In this document: piece after piece, positions 50,921 through 63,150 of the stretch
Layout: every line of letters starts with the position of its first letter
How positions within the stretch are numbered: position 1 is the first letter of the stretch
NCBI RefSeq assembly: GCF_018977255.1
Contig: NW_024704742.1
Coordinates: 122,328,001-122,392,000, forward strand
Length of the DNA stretch: 64,000 nucleotides
Direction: 5' to 3'
Source of the DNA: Callorhinchus milii
Taxonomy: Eukaryota
Notes under the pieces: model-generated
What the model saw: only the letters and a program-made list of their open reading frames with translations
What the model was told of the DNA's origin: nothing
The model's database searches: none
Position numbers and translations under genes: made by a program

Positions 50921-53694
50921 TTATATTGTACATTACCATAAACTCCAAATAACAGACAAAGAAAACGTAGTCATACCTTAACTAGTAGAACTTCTGTATC
51001 TTGCTTTGCTTTGCATATTTCTCTATGATACATCCCTCTTTTTTAAAAAAAAGTCTCCCTTGCCCTTTGTCTCTTAAAACTGTGCATCATTTCCTAATTA
51101 GTGATGTACGTGCTTTTTTTAACTTGGTTGTTTCAAGGAGTTTTCAACGATTTGAACGATCGCCTCATTTGTAAAAAGGAGCAGATGGAGTTGTGCTCTA
51201 ATTTTCAAACATGTTCTATTTAAATCATATTTGCTGGAACATTTTCAAATGAAAGTTGCTGTTTGACACCAACAAATAAAAATAGAGATTTCTAGAACCA
51301 TCCAGCTTGAGGTGGTGTTTATTGCAGAAAAATGTTTGGAGATACAGTGGAACCTCACAATGATGTGTTGTTTCAAGACATAACACTTTGACCATCTTTT
51401 TGGTCATCTTTCCCTCCCCACACCGTTAGGCATACACTCCCACCCAGCAAGATGCCTATCCAGCAGTGTTAAGCACATTGAGATGTCCTCCTAATGTGAA
51501 AGGCACTACATAAATACAAATTGTATTATATGTATTATAACATGGGCTTAATTACAGAGCAAACATAGAATGTGGACTCCATTCACTGGAATGCATACAG
51601 GTAGCCAGCTCACCTCCTCCCGCACTAAAAAATGGCTGACTTCTGGGTCATCGGGTTCTTGCTGTGCTCCTCATAAGAAGTAATGTCGGTGACTGGAAAT
51701 TGACCGTACTATAGCCTGGCGGCAATTGCGAAACGCGTGGAAAGCGAGCCAGCTGGCTACCACTGCCCAGGGATTTTACGGACCCCCAAACTACTGCTTT
51801 AGATTGGGGCTCCACTGTATTCAACAGAATGCCATGCAATTTCAAAGAATCAACATAACGTTCATGATTAATGATGTGTAACCCTGTTTAAAATTCCTCC
51901 TTCGCTGGGAGATGAGCCGTGGGCAGCAGCAGTGGTATTCTCTGTATTTCCCCCGATACACTGATATAAAGCGTATCACTTCCATGGCATGAAAGGAGAT
52001 GGTGACTACATCGCTCCTAGTTCCTGAGGTGGTGAAAGCCAGTTGAAATACATTATCAGTTGCCATGGCTACTCCTCAGCTAATACCTTATGATGCCTAT
52101 TGGACTCAAGTCAAATCCTGTGGGAGAAAAAAGATTGGGACCAGTTTCTGTTCTCTATGACATTCCTTGAGTAACAAAATTCAATTCAATTCATTATAAT
52201 TTTGTTTTAAATATGATTATAATTGTACTGTTGAAGAAGAGACGCACGCACCTGTAAAAGTTACTCTCATTTCATTACGGTGATCGATGTTGCTTCTGTG
52301 CCGGGACTTAAACGCTATTCGGAATTTAGGAACAAAAATGTTTCCTAAATTTAGCTGATGACTTTCAGCAGCACAAGCCTCAGTGCGTGAGTTTGAGCAG
52401 TGACTCCCCATTCCGTCATGTAGATTGTACACCCACTGTCACGACATAGTTTAAAATAAAAAGGTGATGTGAGGTGGCTTGGGATAATCATGTGCATAAT
52501 GAGGTATGGCCATGTCTGCTAATGCCCTTATCTTTCCAACGGGTCTTTTTAAAAAAATATTTTGGTTTCCCTGTTATAAACAGCAAATTGGCACTTTTTT
52601 GCAGTGTGGAATTGCATGATTATATAATTCATTAGTAGGAGGTTGGAGAATATATTGGAGCAGTGGAAGCAATTTTGGTAAATATTAAATGAGATCTTTG
52701 TGTTTCAGTAATATCAGAGCCACTTCAGTTACACCCACAGTGAAAGTACATTGGATGCTAATAATGAAGCTTCACATTGTTTTTTGCTGTTTGTGGAAGT
52801 GTTTTGGACACTCTCTCATTGCCTGAAATTTGGTGCCTTCTATTCAGAGGTGTGAATGGAGCGTGATCGCACTTGAATCACTGTTGCTGAAGCATTCAAT
52901 CGGTTTTGGGAACTGTGTGATTCGCCAGTCCAATTTCTCCAGATCGTTGCGTCCCCAGCAACCACAGGGTCAAATCTTGGGCACATCTGTCCTTGTTCCA
53001 GTTGTCTCCAGTTGCATCTTATTGCTAAGGCACCTTCTACAGTTTCTAAATAAAAAGGGTCATATATTTACGTGGACTCTGCCTGTAATACACTATTATA
53101 ATGTTCTATATCTTAGTGTGAGCTTATTCAAATTAGTCAAACATTTATGAATCTCTGAAAAATATTGGAGGATTGTTGCATTTAAGTATGAATTCCCCCA
53201 TTCCTCTGGATGAATAAATCATTTTCCAAACCTTTTTGCCATCCTAAATGTCAACACTCTAAATTATTAAAGATATGTCGAGCGTGGGCTGAGCTAAGAG
53301 TAGTTAAGGAAATGGATGTAGGAGACAGCTGCCATTGTCTTAGTTTTACTTTAAACCATATTTTCCCTATTTCTCACCTAAAATAAAAAGGTTATTCCCA
53401 TGTTATCCTCACTTGCGTTTTTTTTGGTCAACCAGGTGCAGAATCCCATCATCATGTTTAAGAATATCCAAACCAAAGTGAGAATTCCATACTTCCCACC
53501 TACACATGGAAATTCCAGAGATGTTTATTGGAATTGAATGCACACTCTCCCTGTAGGGGTACATCCTGTTTACCTCATTCCTTACCTAATTCCCAAGGAG
53601 GACAGTTGCTATGGTCATATGAATGTGGGCGACCAGCTCCAGGCACCTCCACACATGCTGTCCCTCGGGCTCCTCAGTTGACCCTGAAAGAGGG

Positions 53695-54092
53695 GTCATC
53701 CTGGCTCAGTTGGTATCACTCTTGCCTCTGAGTTAGAAGATTGTCAAATCAAGCCCTATTCGGGGATTTTGTGCTCGGTATCTCGGCTGACACTTCAATG
53801 CAGCCCTCGGGAAGAGCTGTATTTTCAGAGGTGCCATCCTTCAGATGAGTCATTAAACAGATGTCACATCTGCCTGTTCAGATTTCAGGTCATTATTCAA
53901 AAATCTGAGTTCTCCCATTGTCCTGATCACCAATCCAATAGATAAAATTGTTCATTCATTCATGGCTGGTGGTGGGACACTGCTATTTGCAAATTGGTTG
54001 GCGACAAAATGCACAGGAACTCTGCAATGAATTTTGTGAAGCACTTTGAGATGTCCTCCTAACATGAAAGGCACTATATCAAATGCAAAAAT
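53695..54092 (+). mobile_element. Deu-domain SINE, diverged
   Basis: ctggctcagttggta..ctctgagttagaag head, Deu core and shared tail. Confidence 0.7.
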
Positions 54093-54649
54093 TCTTAGGA
54101 TTATGGACTTAAACATTACAGGGAGAAGTGACAAAATCAATTGATTTTGATTTTGAGAAAATCACAAAATCAATTGTGCTATTTTATGATTTGAGAATAA
54201 GCGGGTAGTTATTATTTTCATTATTATCATGCCCTGCTTGCTGTGTGCATATGTTGACTGCCTTTTCGTCGACTGCAATAGCCTTTGTTAATGTAAAGGA
54301 ATCTGGAGTCAGTCCTGAAACTGCTGAAGCAGGTTTCTGTTCTCTGATGAACTGTTGCATATTTTGGGGTCTAAATCGTATGAAGGTTTTGAAGCTTTCG
54401 CTTTGTGCCTTTTATTAACAACAACAACTTGGATTTATATAGCGACCTCCACGCCAGACGGCGTCTCAGAGCGCTTCACAGTAACAGATCCCGGGGCCGA
54501 GCCAGGGGGAGGGGGAGGAAGGTGACCAAAGGCGCGGTCAAAAAGAAAGGTCTTCAGCAGAGAATTAAGTAGAATTATTAAATTAAGTAGAAACCTGTTT
54601 TCAAATGGAATTGGTCAGTTTGCTTAGCAACAGATACTATAAGTAGAGG

Positions 54650-55259
54650 AGAAAATGTAATGTGATTGTGAAGAGCTAAAGCTGCGGGGATATTACCATT
54701 AAATGACATTTAATGGAGAAATGAAGAAAATCCCTATTCCTGAGGATACGCTCTCCATTTGGCCAATCAGTAACTGGTACCTAAGCTTTGCTAGAAGCAC
54801 TCTCTCTTCCTCAAAGAAAGAATTCATTGGCTGTCACAGTGGGTAGTAGGTGCGATTGCTGAATAGCATGTATAGCAACCGTGTTCTCAGTCCCTTATTT
54901 GGTAGCTCTTAACAGAAGCAGTCCTTCCAGTAGCAAAGCATCCTCACATACATTATTCATCAGTGCAACTGCCAGGGAGATGCTTGTCCACAATCCCTTC
55001 TTTAAAGCATTACTTTCGGCCAGAGCTTTCCACATGCCTTTAAAAACTCTTAATGCATTGTTCAGAGCCGGATTTGAATCGATGGCCATTTTACACCAGC
55101 CAGGTGACAAAGCAATGGGAATTAATAAGCACATTTCAATTCTACTTGCTCTATGAGTAATCAGTTTTACTGATTTCTGGAACTGTTTCACACCGATTCT
55201 TTGAAGGAGTACAGATTCTACATATTTCTTGAATTGTTTTTGTTGAGAACACTTGCAAG
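54650..55259 (+). promoter_or_regulatory. Probable promoter and 5'UTR of the super-short (D6-type) transcript
   Basis: Repeat-free sequence directly upstream of the D6-type ATG. CCAAT box ggccaatcag at 54761-54770 and an inverted attggctg near 54826. Confidence 0.5.
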
Positions 55260-55307
55260 ATGCCTGAAGCTAATTACCTGCTCTCTGTTTCCTGGGGCTA
55301 TATAAAG
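55260..55307 (+). CDS. PDE4D: Super-short isoform first coding exon (PDE4D6/PDE4B5-type), MPEANYLLSVSWGYIK
   Basis: ATG CCT GAA GCT AAT TAC CTG CTC TCT GTT TCC TGG GGC TAT ATA AAG|gtatgc. The phase-0 donor fits the phase-0 acceptor at 59152. The peptide matches the recalled mammalian PDE4D6 N-terminus. Too short for the ORF track. Confidence 0.9.
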
Positions 55308-56160
55308 GTATGCAAACCAAATGTATTTTTGTTGTGATCTAGAATTTAAATGTAAATGACCTTTATTGCAATGTTAAATTTAAGTTTTAACTGGATGCTT
55401 TGAATGTTAAATAGGTATACGAATGAAGGATACTGCAAGGCATCTGATTGCAATTGCCCTACTTGCTGTATGCATATGTTTCGTCAGCTGCAATAGCCTT
55501 TGTTAATGTAAAGGAATATGGTGTCAGTCCTGAAACTGCTGAAGCAGGTTTCTGTTCTCTGAACTGTTGCAAATTTTGGGGTCTAAATCGGATGAAGGTT
55601 TTGAGTCTTTCGCTTTGTGCCTTTTATTAAATTAAGTAGAAACATGTTTTCAAATGGAATTGGTCAGTTTTCTTAGCAACAGATACTGTAAGTAGAACAT
55701 CAGTAGCAAAGGACCTTTGACATATTTGTGCTGTTAACCAGAATGGAAAGATACAAAGTTCTTCATTTGTTGATATTTAGTTTTAATCTGTCAAAAATCC
55801 TTCCAGCCACTCATTGCAAGCTTTCCAGGCTCCCTTAATTTGTATTTAAGCAAATAGATGAAAACGTAACAAATGTTTAATAATTAACAGAGTTCCTTGC
55901 TAAGAATTAAAGGAGTTAACTGAGTTCTTCAAGTCGTTTAAGATACTACCCTGTGTGAAGGGTGCTGTATAAATACAAGTTGTTGCAAATTAACCAACCT
56001 GTGTTGGTTTGGGCTTGCAAGAAAAAAAATAAGAAACAAAAATGCATTGCAAGGCTGTAATCACACTCGTAAGAGTAAAACTCATCAGAAAAGAAAGAAA
56101 AATGTTTGCATTCAGCAAAACTGCCTTATATTTGAAACCAGAAAGAGAAAGAGAAAGGCT

Positions 56161-56342
56161 CATTGTGGAGGAGAGGGGTTAATTGTGGAGGAGAGGGGTT
56201 AATGGTGCAGGAGAAGGGTTAATTGTGAAGGAGGAGGTTTGGTTATGCAGGAGAAAGGTTAACTGCAAAGAGTTAATTGTGAAGGAAGAATGGTAACTAT
56301 GAAGGGTTAATAGCGAAGGAGAAGTGTTATCTGTGAAGGAGC
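56161..56342 (+). repeat. Degenerate 20-bp tandem repeat
   Basis: Period aattgtggaggagaggggtt; the first copies are near-perfect and later ones decay. Confidence 0.8.
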
Positions 56343-57169
56343 TTTCCCTTCTTCACTGATTCATTCTCCCATCACGTAACCACCTCTTCAAATTGAAATG
56401 ACCATGATCTGATTCTCTTTGGAGTGAAATATTATGTCTGAACTATATTTTGAAGTCCTGTTAATTGACTTTTCCGGCAAAAAAAAAGATATCATAGAAG
56501 ATGACTTTGATTGTCAGAACCCTTTCTCTTGTTCAACGACATCACCTTTTCTGGTGGAAACAATGGAATTAATGGTGGGCTCCTATATTACATTAGATAT
56601 TAAGATTCTTGCACGGCCCCCCTCCCTCATATTTCCTGCTACCATTCTCTTGACATTGGAATTAGTCCAAAGCATATTTTCTTTTCAGATGATGACAATG
56701 TACTCTGACCTGATAACTACAGTATTGAAGAGCTCCTTTGTGTTTTTCAGCCAGTCCAGGTCCAATTGGAGAACACACGGCAACTAAGGCAGCAGTGCTT
56801 TGATCTATCCATTTGCTTGTCAGGCGGTCTTGATATTGATTAATCTGAAATCTTGTAATAACCACAAGCAGTAACGCTGTGCCAACAGTGATTCCGTCAG
56901 TTTATTCTCTCTTATGCATTCATATTTTTTGCCAAATTTATATAATGATGCCTTTTAATTGTGTCACTTCTAAAGAACCCAGCATAATGTGACAATAATC
57001 ATCTTCTATCTAATATGAGCACCACTCCCATAGGCTGGGGTTTCCTCAGGGAAGGACAGCTTAATCATTTTGTAATTAAAATCTACAATATGAAGCTTTC
57101 CCCCTATCCTCCACCACCCAGCTTTCCCCCATGATTTAGAGCAATAGGAAGCGGTTAGCGATGCTAAGT

Positions 57170-57470
57170 GAGTGCTAAGTTAGCTGATCGCAGGCAGTGG
57201 CGAGGGCATCACAAGCGGGCTCAGTTCCCCAGGGTGTGGGGGGGGGCAAGATCTGCCTGGGTCACATTCCTGATGGTGTCCTCTGATCATTGCAAGAAAG
57301 TGCTCTGTACGGAACAAATTGGATTGAGCTGGATTGTCATGATCAAGATAGCCTGCTGGTATCCACTAACTGGGCTGAGACGTGAACAACGGGCACTTGC
57401 CTAACACCTTGGGTACCAAACCCCAGCATCTGTGTCAGTTTCCTGTAGAGGAGGATGGGAGAAATTAGAA
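57170..57470 (+). mobile_element. Ancient SINE relic, AmnSINE2-like
   Basis: Motifs gtgctaagttagctgatc, tcctgat, gaaagtgc, atagcctgc, ccccagca and gaggaggatgggagaaa occur in the order of the AmnSINE2 consensus as recalled. Related minus-strand relics at about 35885-36170 and 48370-48610. Confidence 0.55.
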
Positions 57471-57540
57471 TGGGAAGGGGGAATTTTCATTGGTGAATAT
57501 TTAATACTTTTTGTGATATCTTGCCATTTAATAATAGATA

Positions 57541-57976
57541 ATAATAATTCTTGCCTTTGATGTAGCGCCTTCTCATATTTTTGAAACGTCTCACAGGATA
57601 TCCTGTAAAGTGGATTGACTGTGAATTTTGTGTGAGAAACATGGCAGACTATTTGCCCACAGCAATATACCACAACCAGCCATGGAGTGAGTGACCAAAT
57701 TTATTCGGGGAAATATTGGCTAGGACACCGGGAGAAACTCCCATCTCTTTTCGAAATAGTGCCAAGGGATCTTTAACATCCACCTGACCAGGCAAACAGG
57801 ATCTTGGGTGTAGCATCTCATATGAAAGATGACACCTCCAACAATGCAACACCCTCTCCCCCAACACTGCATTATAGTGTCAGCTTCGACTGTGTGATTC
57901 CAAGATCCACATGGGGCTTCAACCAACAATCTTCTGACTCAGAGGCGAGAGAGCTACCACTGCGCCAGGCTGACAC
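57541..57976 (-). mobile_element. Deu-domain SINE (SacSINE1/AmnSINE1-like), near full length
   Basis: Minus strand reads gtcagcctggcgcagtggtagc..ctctgagtcagaag..ttggaggtgtcatctttc..gttaaagatcccttggcactatttcgaaaagag..ggtgtcctagccaa, matching the Deu domain as recalled. Shares its 3' part with the tRNA-Ala SINE. Confidence 0.75.
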
Positions 57977-58272
57977 ATTTATTTTGATGTATTTTGTTTT
58001 CATAAAATTGCAGAATGTTACAGCACAAAATCTGGTCATTCCAAAATAGTGTTTTTTTTACAGCATGTTAAAAAAAACACTTTATTAGTTGCGCTACGTA
58101 TCACCCTCTTGCCTGTTAGGTGGAGGTTAAAAATCCCAATGGCACTATTTGAAAAGAAAAGTGAGTTTGTCCCAATGTCTTGACCACCAATTCCCCAAAT
58201 AAAATTGATAATTCACATGGCTGTGAATTAATGTGTGCAAATAGGCTGCTGCATTTGCCTAAAAATATACAG

Positions 58273-58448
58273 CAGTGGCGGCCAACCTTCTTGGTCCTCC
58301 AACAAAATAAATTTTCATCAATCAAGAATTATTCAATCAAGAAACAACTTGAAACAAAACGTTGATGCAAAACAGACTCACCCAGACTCGTGCGAATGTT
58401 TGCTGGGCCACTTCTTGATGGCCCAAAGCCATGGGTTGGCCGCCACTG
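58273..58448. mobile_element. 176-bp non-autonomous DNA transposon (hAT-like MITE)
   Basis: Perfect 15-bp terminal inverted repeats cagtggcggccaacc (58273-58287) and ggttggccgccactg (58434-58448); interrupts a Deu SINE tail. Confidence 0.8.
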
Positions 58449-59097
58449 CTTTAAAGTGTATCCTTGAACTGCTTTGAGAAGGCCTCCTGACATGAAAGGC
58501 GTTATATCAAATACAAGGATTATTATTATGGAGGTTTAATATTAAAGTACATGCAGATGGAATGGAATACAATAAATATGATGATTCTACATGGTTTGAT
58601 AGTTAGATCAAAAATGGATAGACAATAAGTTGATTTTCCTCTTTCAAAGCCATCTGATCCTAAAATCCATTTTCTGAAATCTTACTAACCTTTTCATACT
58701 GCCAACTACACCTCTTTATATGCTTAAAAGTCAAGTTGGATGATTTTACCAATAAAATTAATTTCATGCCTCATGATTGCTGAGGTGAAAATATTTTCAG
58801 TATTTGGATATTAAATCTTTTAAAAATATGTATCACAATGAAGTGACAGACAATGCCAAAGGTTAAATTGAGTCATGTATATTTGCTCACAAAGCTCCAT
58901 TGTATCTGAGCTATTCTCACCAAACACCAGGATACGAAATGTACAAAATGGAACTGAATAACCTGTGTGATGGAGTGTATTTGGATGAATGGCTGTAAGG
59001 GACTTTGCAGAAGATTATCAGATATTGTAATATGCAATAAGCATTTGATACATGCAACTTTAATGAATAAAATTAAATGCCAAGCATCAAAATATAA

Positions 59098-59325
<228 letters not shown>

Positions 59326-61282
59326 TAATTTTATGAGAGACTGTCATTGGTGTTCAATATACATTATATATTAGTAGTGTCAAATGATTTGAGACATCCT
59401 CCTGACAATCCCACTAAGATGGTGGCAAGGGATTTTGGTCACTCTCATCTCCCTCCATTGATAACAAGATCCCAATGCAAGCTAAGGTTGTGGTTCAAAC
59501 AGTTCTCCTTCCTGTTTCCAAGCTCCTGTGCAAGCAGTGGTGGGGTTTCCTTTGGCCCACTTGTGAAGTAAATGGTGGAAATGTGCCTTATATTCAGTGT
59601 TGATCAGTCAAGACTTCCAACCCAAGCATAAATTTCTTTATGTCTCATACTTACATAAGCACTGCTAAAAAAAACAAATCGTGCAACACAGGATGTATTT
59701 TCAAATGAAATATATTTGTCACTGTAATCAGGCGTTGGGTACTGTGTAGACAGGCATTATTCTCCTGGGTGCACATGGTATGGAGCAGAGATTCCCACTC
59801 ATTCAACTACCATGCAGATGTAATGCCATTTGCCTACCATGATTTTGGTGGTATATTTTCAGAAAGCCAATTATCTATTCTGTGATGTACCCAAGAAAAG
59901 GAGTGACAACAATGTCATGCAGAAAGCCCAAATCAATTAATCTTCATGAATTATTTATATTCGGAATGATAACACACCATTCCATGTCTATTTTTTCTAC
60001 TGTTTGCCTCTGCTCCATCACGCTGCACTAGATATGAAACAATAGGGATAATTTGACTCAAAATCGCTTCCTTTGCCTTTATCAGGAACAAAATTCTTGT
60101 TTCAGTAGTCGGAATTGTGTTCGAAGAATTCACAGGAATCGTTTTGTCTACAAATACAGTCAATACATTTTGCAGCGCTTTGAGACATCCTCCCAACATG
60201 AAAGGCATTGCATCAAATACAAAGATTATTATTAGTATTATTAATCATTAAAAAAATGTCGGATGTGATTGGTTTTCCAATTAGTTTTTAATGTTTAATA
60301 TTTTTGATCTTTTTATATGCATTGCTGCTTGAAATAATGAAGGATTTTGTATGATAAAAAGCAATTAGGACAGTTTTATTTTATGTCCTGTAATTGCTTT
60401 CTCTGCAGACGGATGAGTTTGCTGCCAACGTTCTGTTTTCAAAAACAATGTACTTGGACTTAATCAGTTCTTGCAGTGCTGCAATGTAAAGTTTGATAAA
60501 TGATCTGGCAGCTTAGATGCTCGACACTAATTGAATGTGAGAATGAACCATGGAGCTGCTTAAATGGAGGCATCCCATTTCTGTGAGAAGGGCTTGTTTG
60601 TGCTGCAGAGTACCTCTAACGCTTTCAGCAAAGATGAATCTCTGATTGTATCAGACACTCTGTGGAAACCCTTCTGCCTCAATAAATCCCCCATCTCTTT
60701 AGAAACCCTATTAACATATAACAGATGATCAGATAGTTGAGATCGTGAGATGATGATGCAGTGCACACTGACTGCGGTGAAAGGTGGAAATATTTGAAAG
60801 TCAGCTGAATTAATCAAATTGGCTAATGGGAAAAAATGATTTATGTCCCGAGTGTCATTCTGAAGCTCTTAAAAAAAATTACCTTTACCTTACCCTTATG
60901 TCTTTTCAAAATTTCTACATTACTTTCCAACATTAATAAATCCGGTCAGTGAGTGCCAGGATCTGAGCTCATTGCTGTGGGAAATCCCTTTCCGTTCGTA
61001 TGAATCTTAATGGGGTTAGGTGTGATAGAAGAAACGTTTCCATGTAGCTAGGTCCAGTAGAGGAACTAGCACCAACATGGGCTAGATGGGCTGAATGATC
61101 CACTTTTGTGCTATCATATCTATGATTCTATAACCTGAACAAATTATGTAGTCGGATGGAAGGTAGATAATAGGGAATTAAATGGAACAGGTTATTTTAT
61201 TCAGTAGTCTGTTAACATGCATTCCTGCAAAGATTTGATGAATTCCTTCTGATTGCAAATTCATAGCAAATAAAAATGACAG

Positions 61283-61715
61283 CCTTCTGGGGTAGAGAAT
61301 TCCATAAATTCACTACCCTCTGAGTGAGGAAGTGTTTCCTCAACTTTGTTCGTAAAGGTTGACCCTTAATCTTAATCTTAAGACTTTGACCCCTAGTTAT
61401 AGATTCTCCTACCAGGGGAAACAGTCTCACACTGTCTACTTATAGGTTTCTATAAGATCATCCCTAATTCTTCTATATTCTAGAGAATATAGGCCTAGTT
61501 TACTCAACCTATCCTCATAGGTCAACCCCCTCATCCCAGGAACTAACCTAGTGAATCTACGCTGCACCCCCTCTAAGGCGAGTATGTCCTTTCTTAAATA
61601 AGGAGACCAAAACTGCACACAATATTCTAGGTGTGGTCTCACCAAGGCCCTATACAGTTGCAGCAAAACTTCCCTATTCTTGTATTCTAACCCTTTTGCA
61701 ATAAATACCAACAAT
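61283..61715 (-). mobile_element. CR1-clade LINE fragment
   Basis: GLEYKNREVLLQLYRALVRPHLEYCVQFWSPYLRKD..RVVNLWNSLPQKAV. Confidence 0.88.
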
Positions 61716-62527
61716 CGCACACCGTCAGCACAATATCACTGCATCTAAAATACAGAATGGATTTATCTGTTCCCATAAAATAGATTGATCTGAGCTGATT
61801 GTAAGTTTTTTTACTTCAACTATTTTGTACTTCACCTACTGTGCAAAATATTTTTTTCCTATTTCCATTGTACTGCAGAGTTCAAGCCTGGAACAATTTT
61901 CTGCGTGACTGCTCTGACAAAGTAATTCTTTCTTGGCGTGAATGGCTCAGATTATTATGACAAGCGCAGAGAAGATTTTTGGCATGCTTCACGATCCGAC
62001 TTAAGTCACAGTTCCCCTGACTAATCTCCAGAGACACTGCTTGATGAGACTTCTGAATTTCATTATATGCGCGGAGGAAAGAAAATAAAAATGGCAAGAC
62101 AGCTAGAATGAGATTTTATCAAAATTTACTCAATCTCAGTTTGTTCATCAAATGGATTTCTTATGGATGGATTGGATGGGGGGGGAAAGAAACATAGGAC
62201 ATAATCACACAAATAAAAATCCAGTGTTAAAATTCATGTGACATTATTAACCGGTCAGAACAAGAGGAATTGTCCACCCCTCCTGATCCCAACCACCAGC
62301 TTGGGTGCAGATCCCTGACTGCCCAACGCCTTGGGACGTCCTCCTGATGTTATACAAGGCGATATACAAATGTAATTTGTTGTTGTTGATAAAATTGGTT
62401 GTTTGTGAGTCATTGTTGCGCACAAATTGCCTGCCATGTTCACCATTACAGTCACTACACTTGTAGTGACTAAAAGTGAACATGGTGAAAAAACAATGTT
62501 ATCAATCTGTGAGTCACATTTTAAGAT

Positions 62528-63150
62528 ACAACAACAAAATTACATTTGTAAAGCACCTTTCACGTCGGGAGGACGTCCCAAGTCCCTGAACAGTCAGGGA
62601 TCAGGACCCAAGCGTGGGGGGCAGGGTAGGGATGAGGAAGGGCAGAGATAGGATGGCGGCTAAAGCACGGTCAAAAACGAGGGTCTTGAGTCATGCCTTG
62701 AAGGAGACAAGAGACGGAGCAAGGCGAAGGGATTGTGGGATGGACTTCCAAAGGGTGTGGGCAGAGACGCTGAAAGCAGGGCTGTCAATAGTAGGGTGGG
62801 TCGGGAGATCTGGAGCAGGCTGGAGCCTGCTGAGCGGAGGGAGATAGGGGGTCAGCAGGTCAGAGATGTAGGAGGGGGCAAGGCCGTGGAGGGCCTTGAA
62901 AATGAGGATGAGGATTTTGCATTCTATCCTCTGAGGGATGGGGAGCCAGTGGAGCCGGGTGAGGGTGGGGATGATGGGGTCACGGAGCCTGGTGCGGGAG
63001 AGGCCACAAGCTGCAGAGTTCTGGTTGATCCGCAGCTTGTGGAGGGAAGAGTTGGGGAGGCCGACAAGGAGGGAGTTTCCGTAGTCGAGCCTTGAGGTGA
63101 AGAATGCGTGTATGAGGGTTTCGGCGGCCTGAGAGGTGAGGCAATGGCAG
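62528..63150 (-). mobile_element. L2 LINE 3' fragment
   Basis: AAETLIHAFFTSRLDYGNSLL..LHWLPIPQRIE motifs and L2 tail; a second short L2 3' end lies on + at about 62265-62388. Confidence 0.88.

Noticed and set aside
54881..55191. Overlapping 91-aa and 98-aa ORFs on opposite strands
   Set aside because: No recognisable homology, non-ATG starts, and position in the presumed 5'UTR of the D6-type exon.
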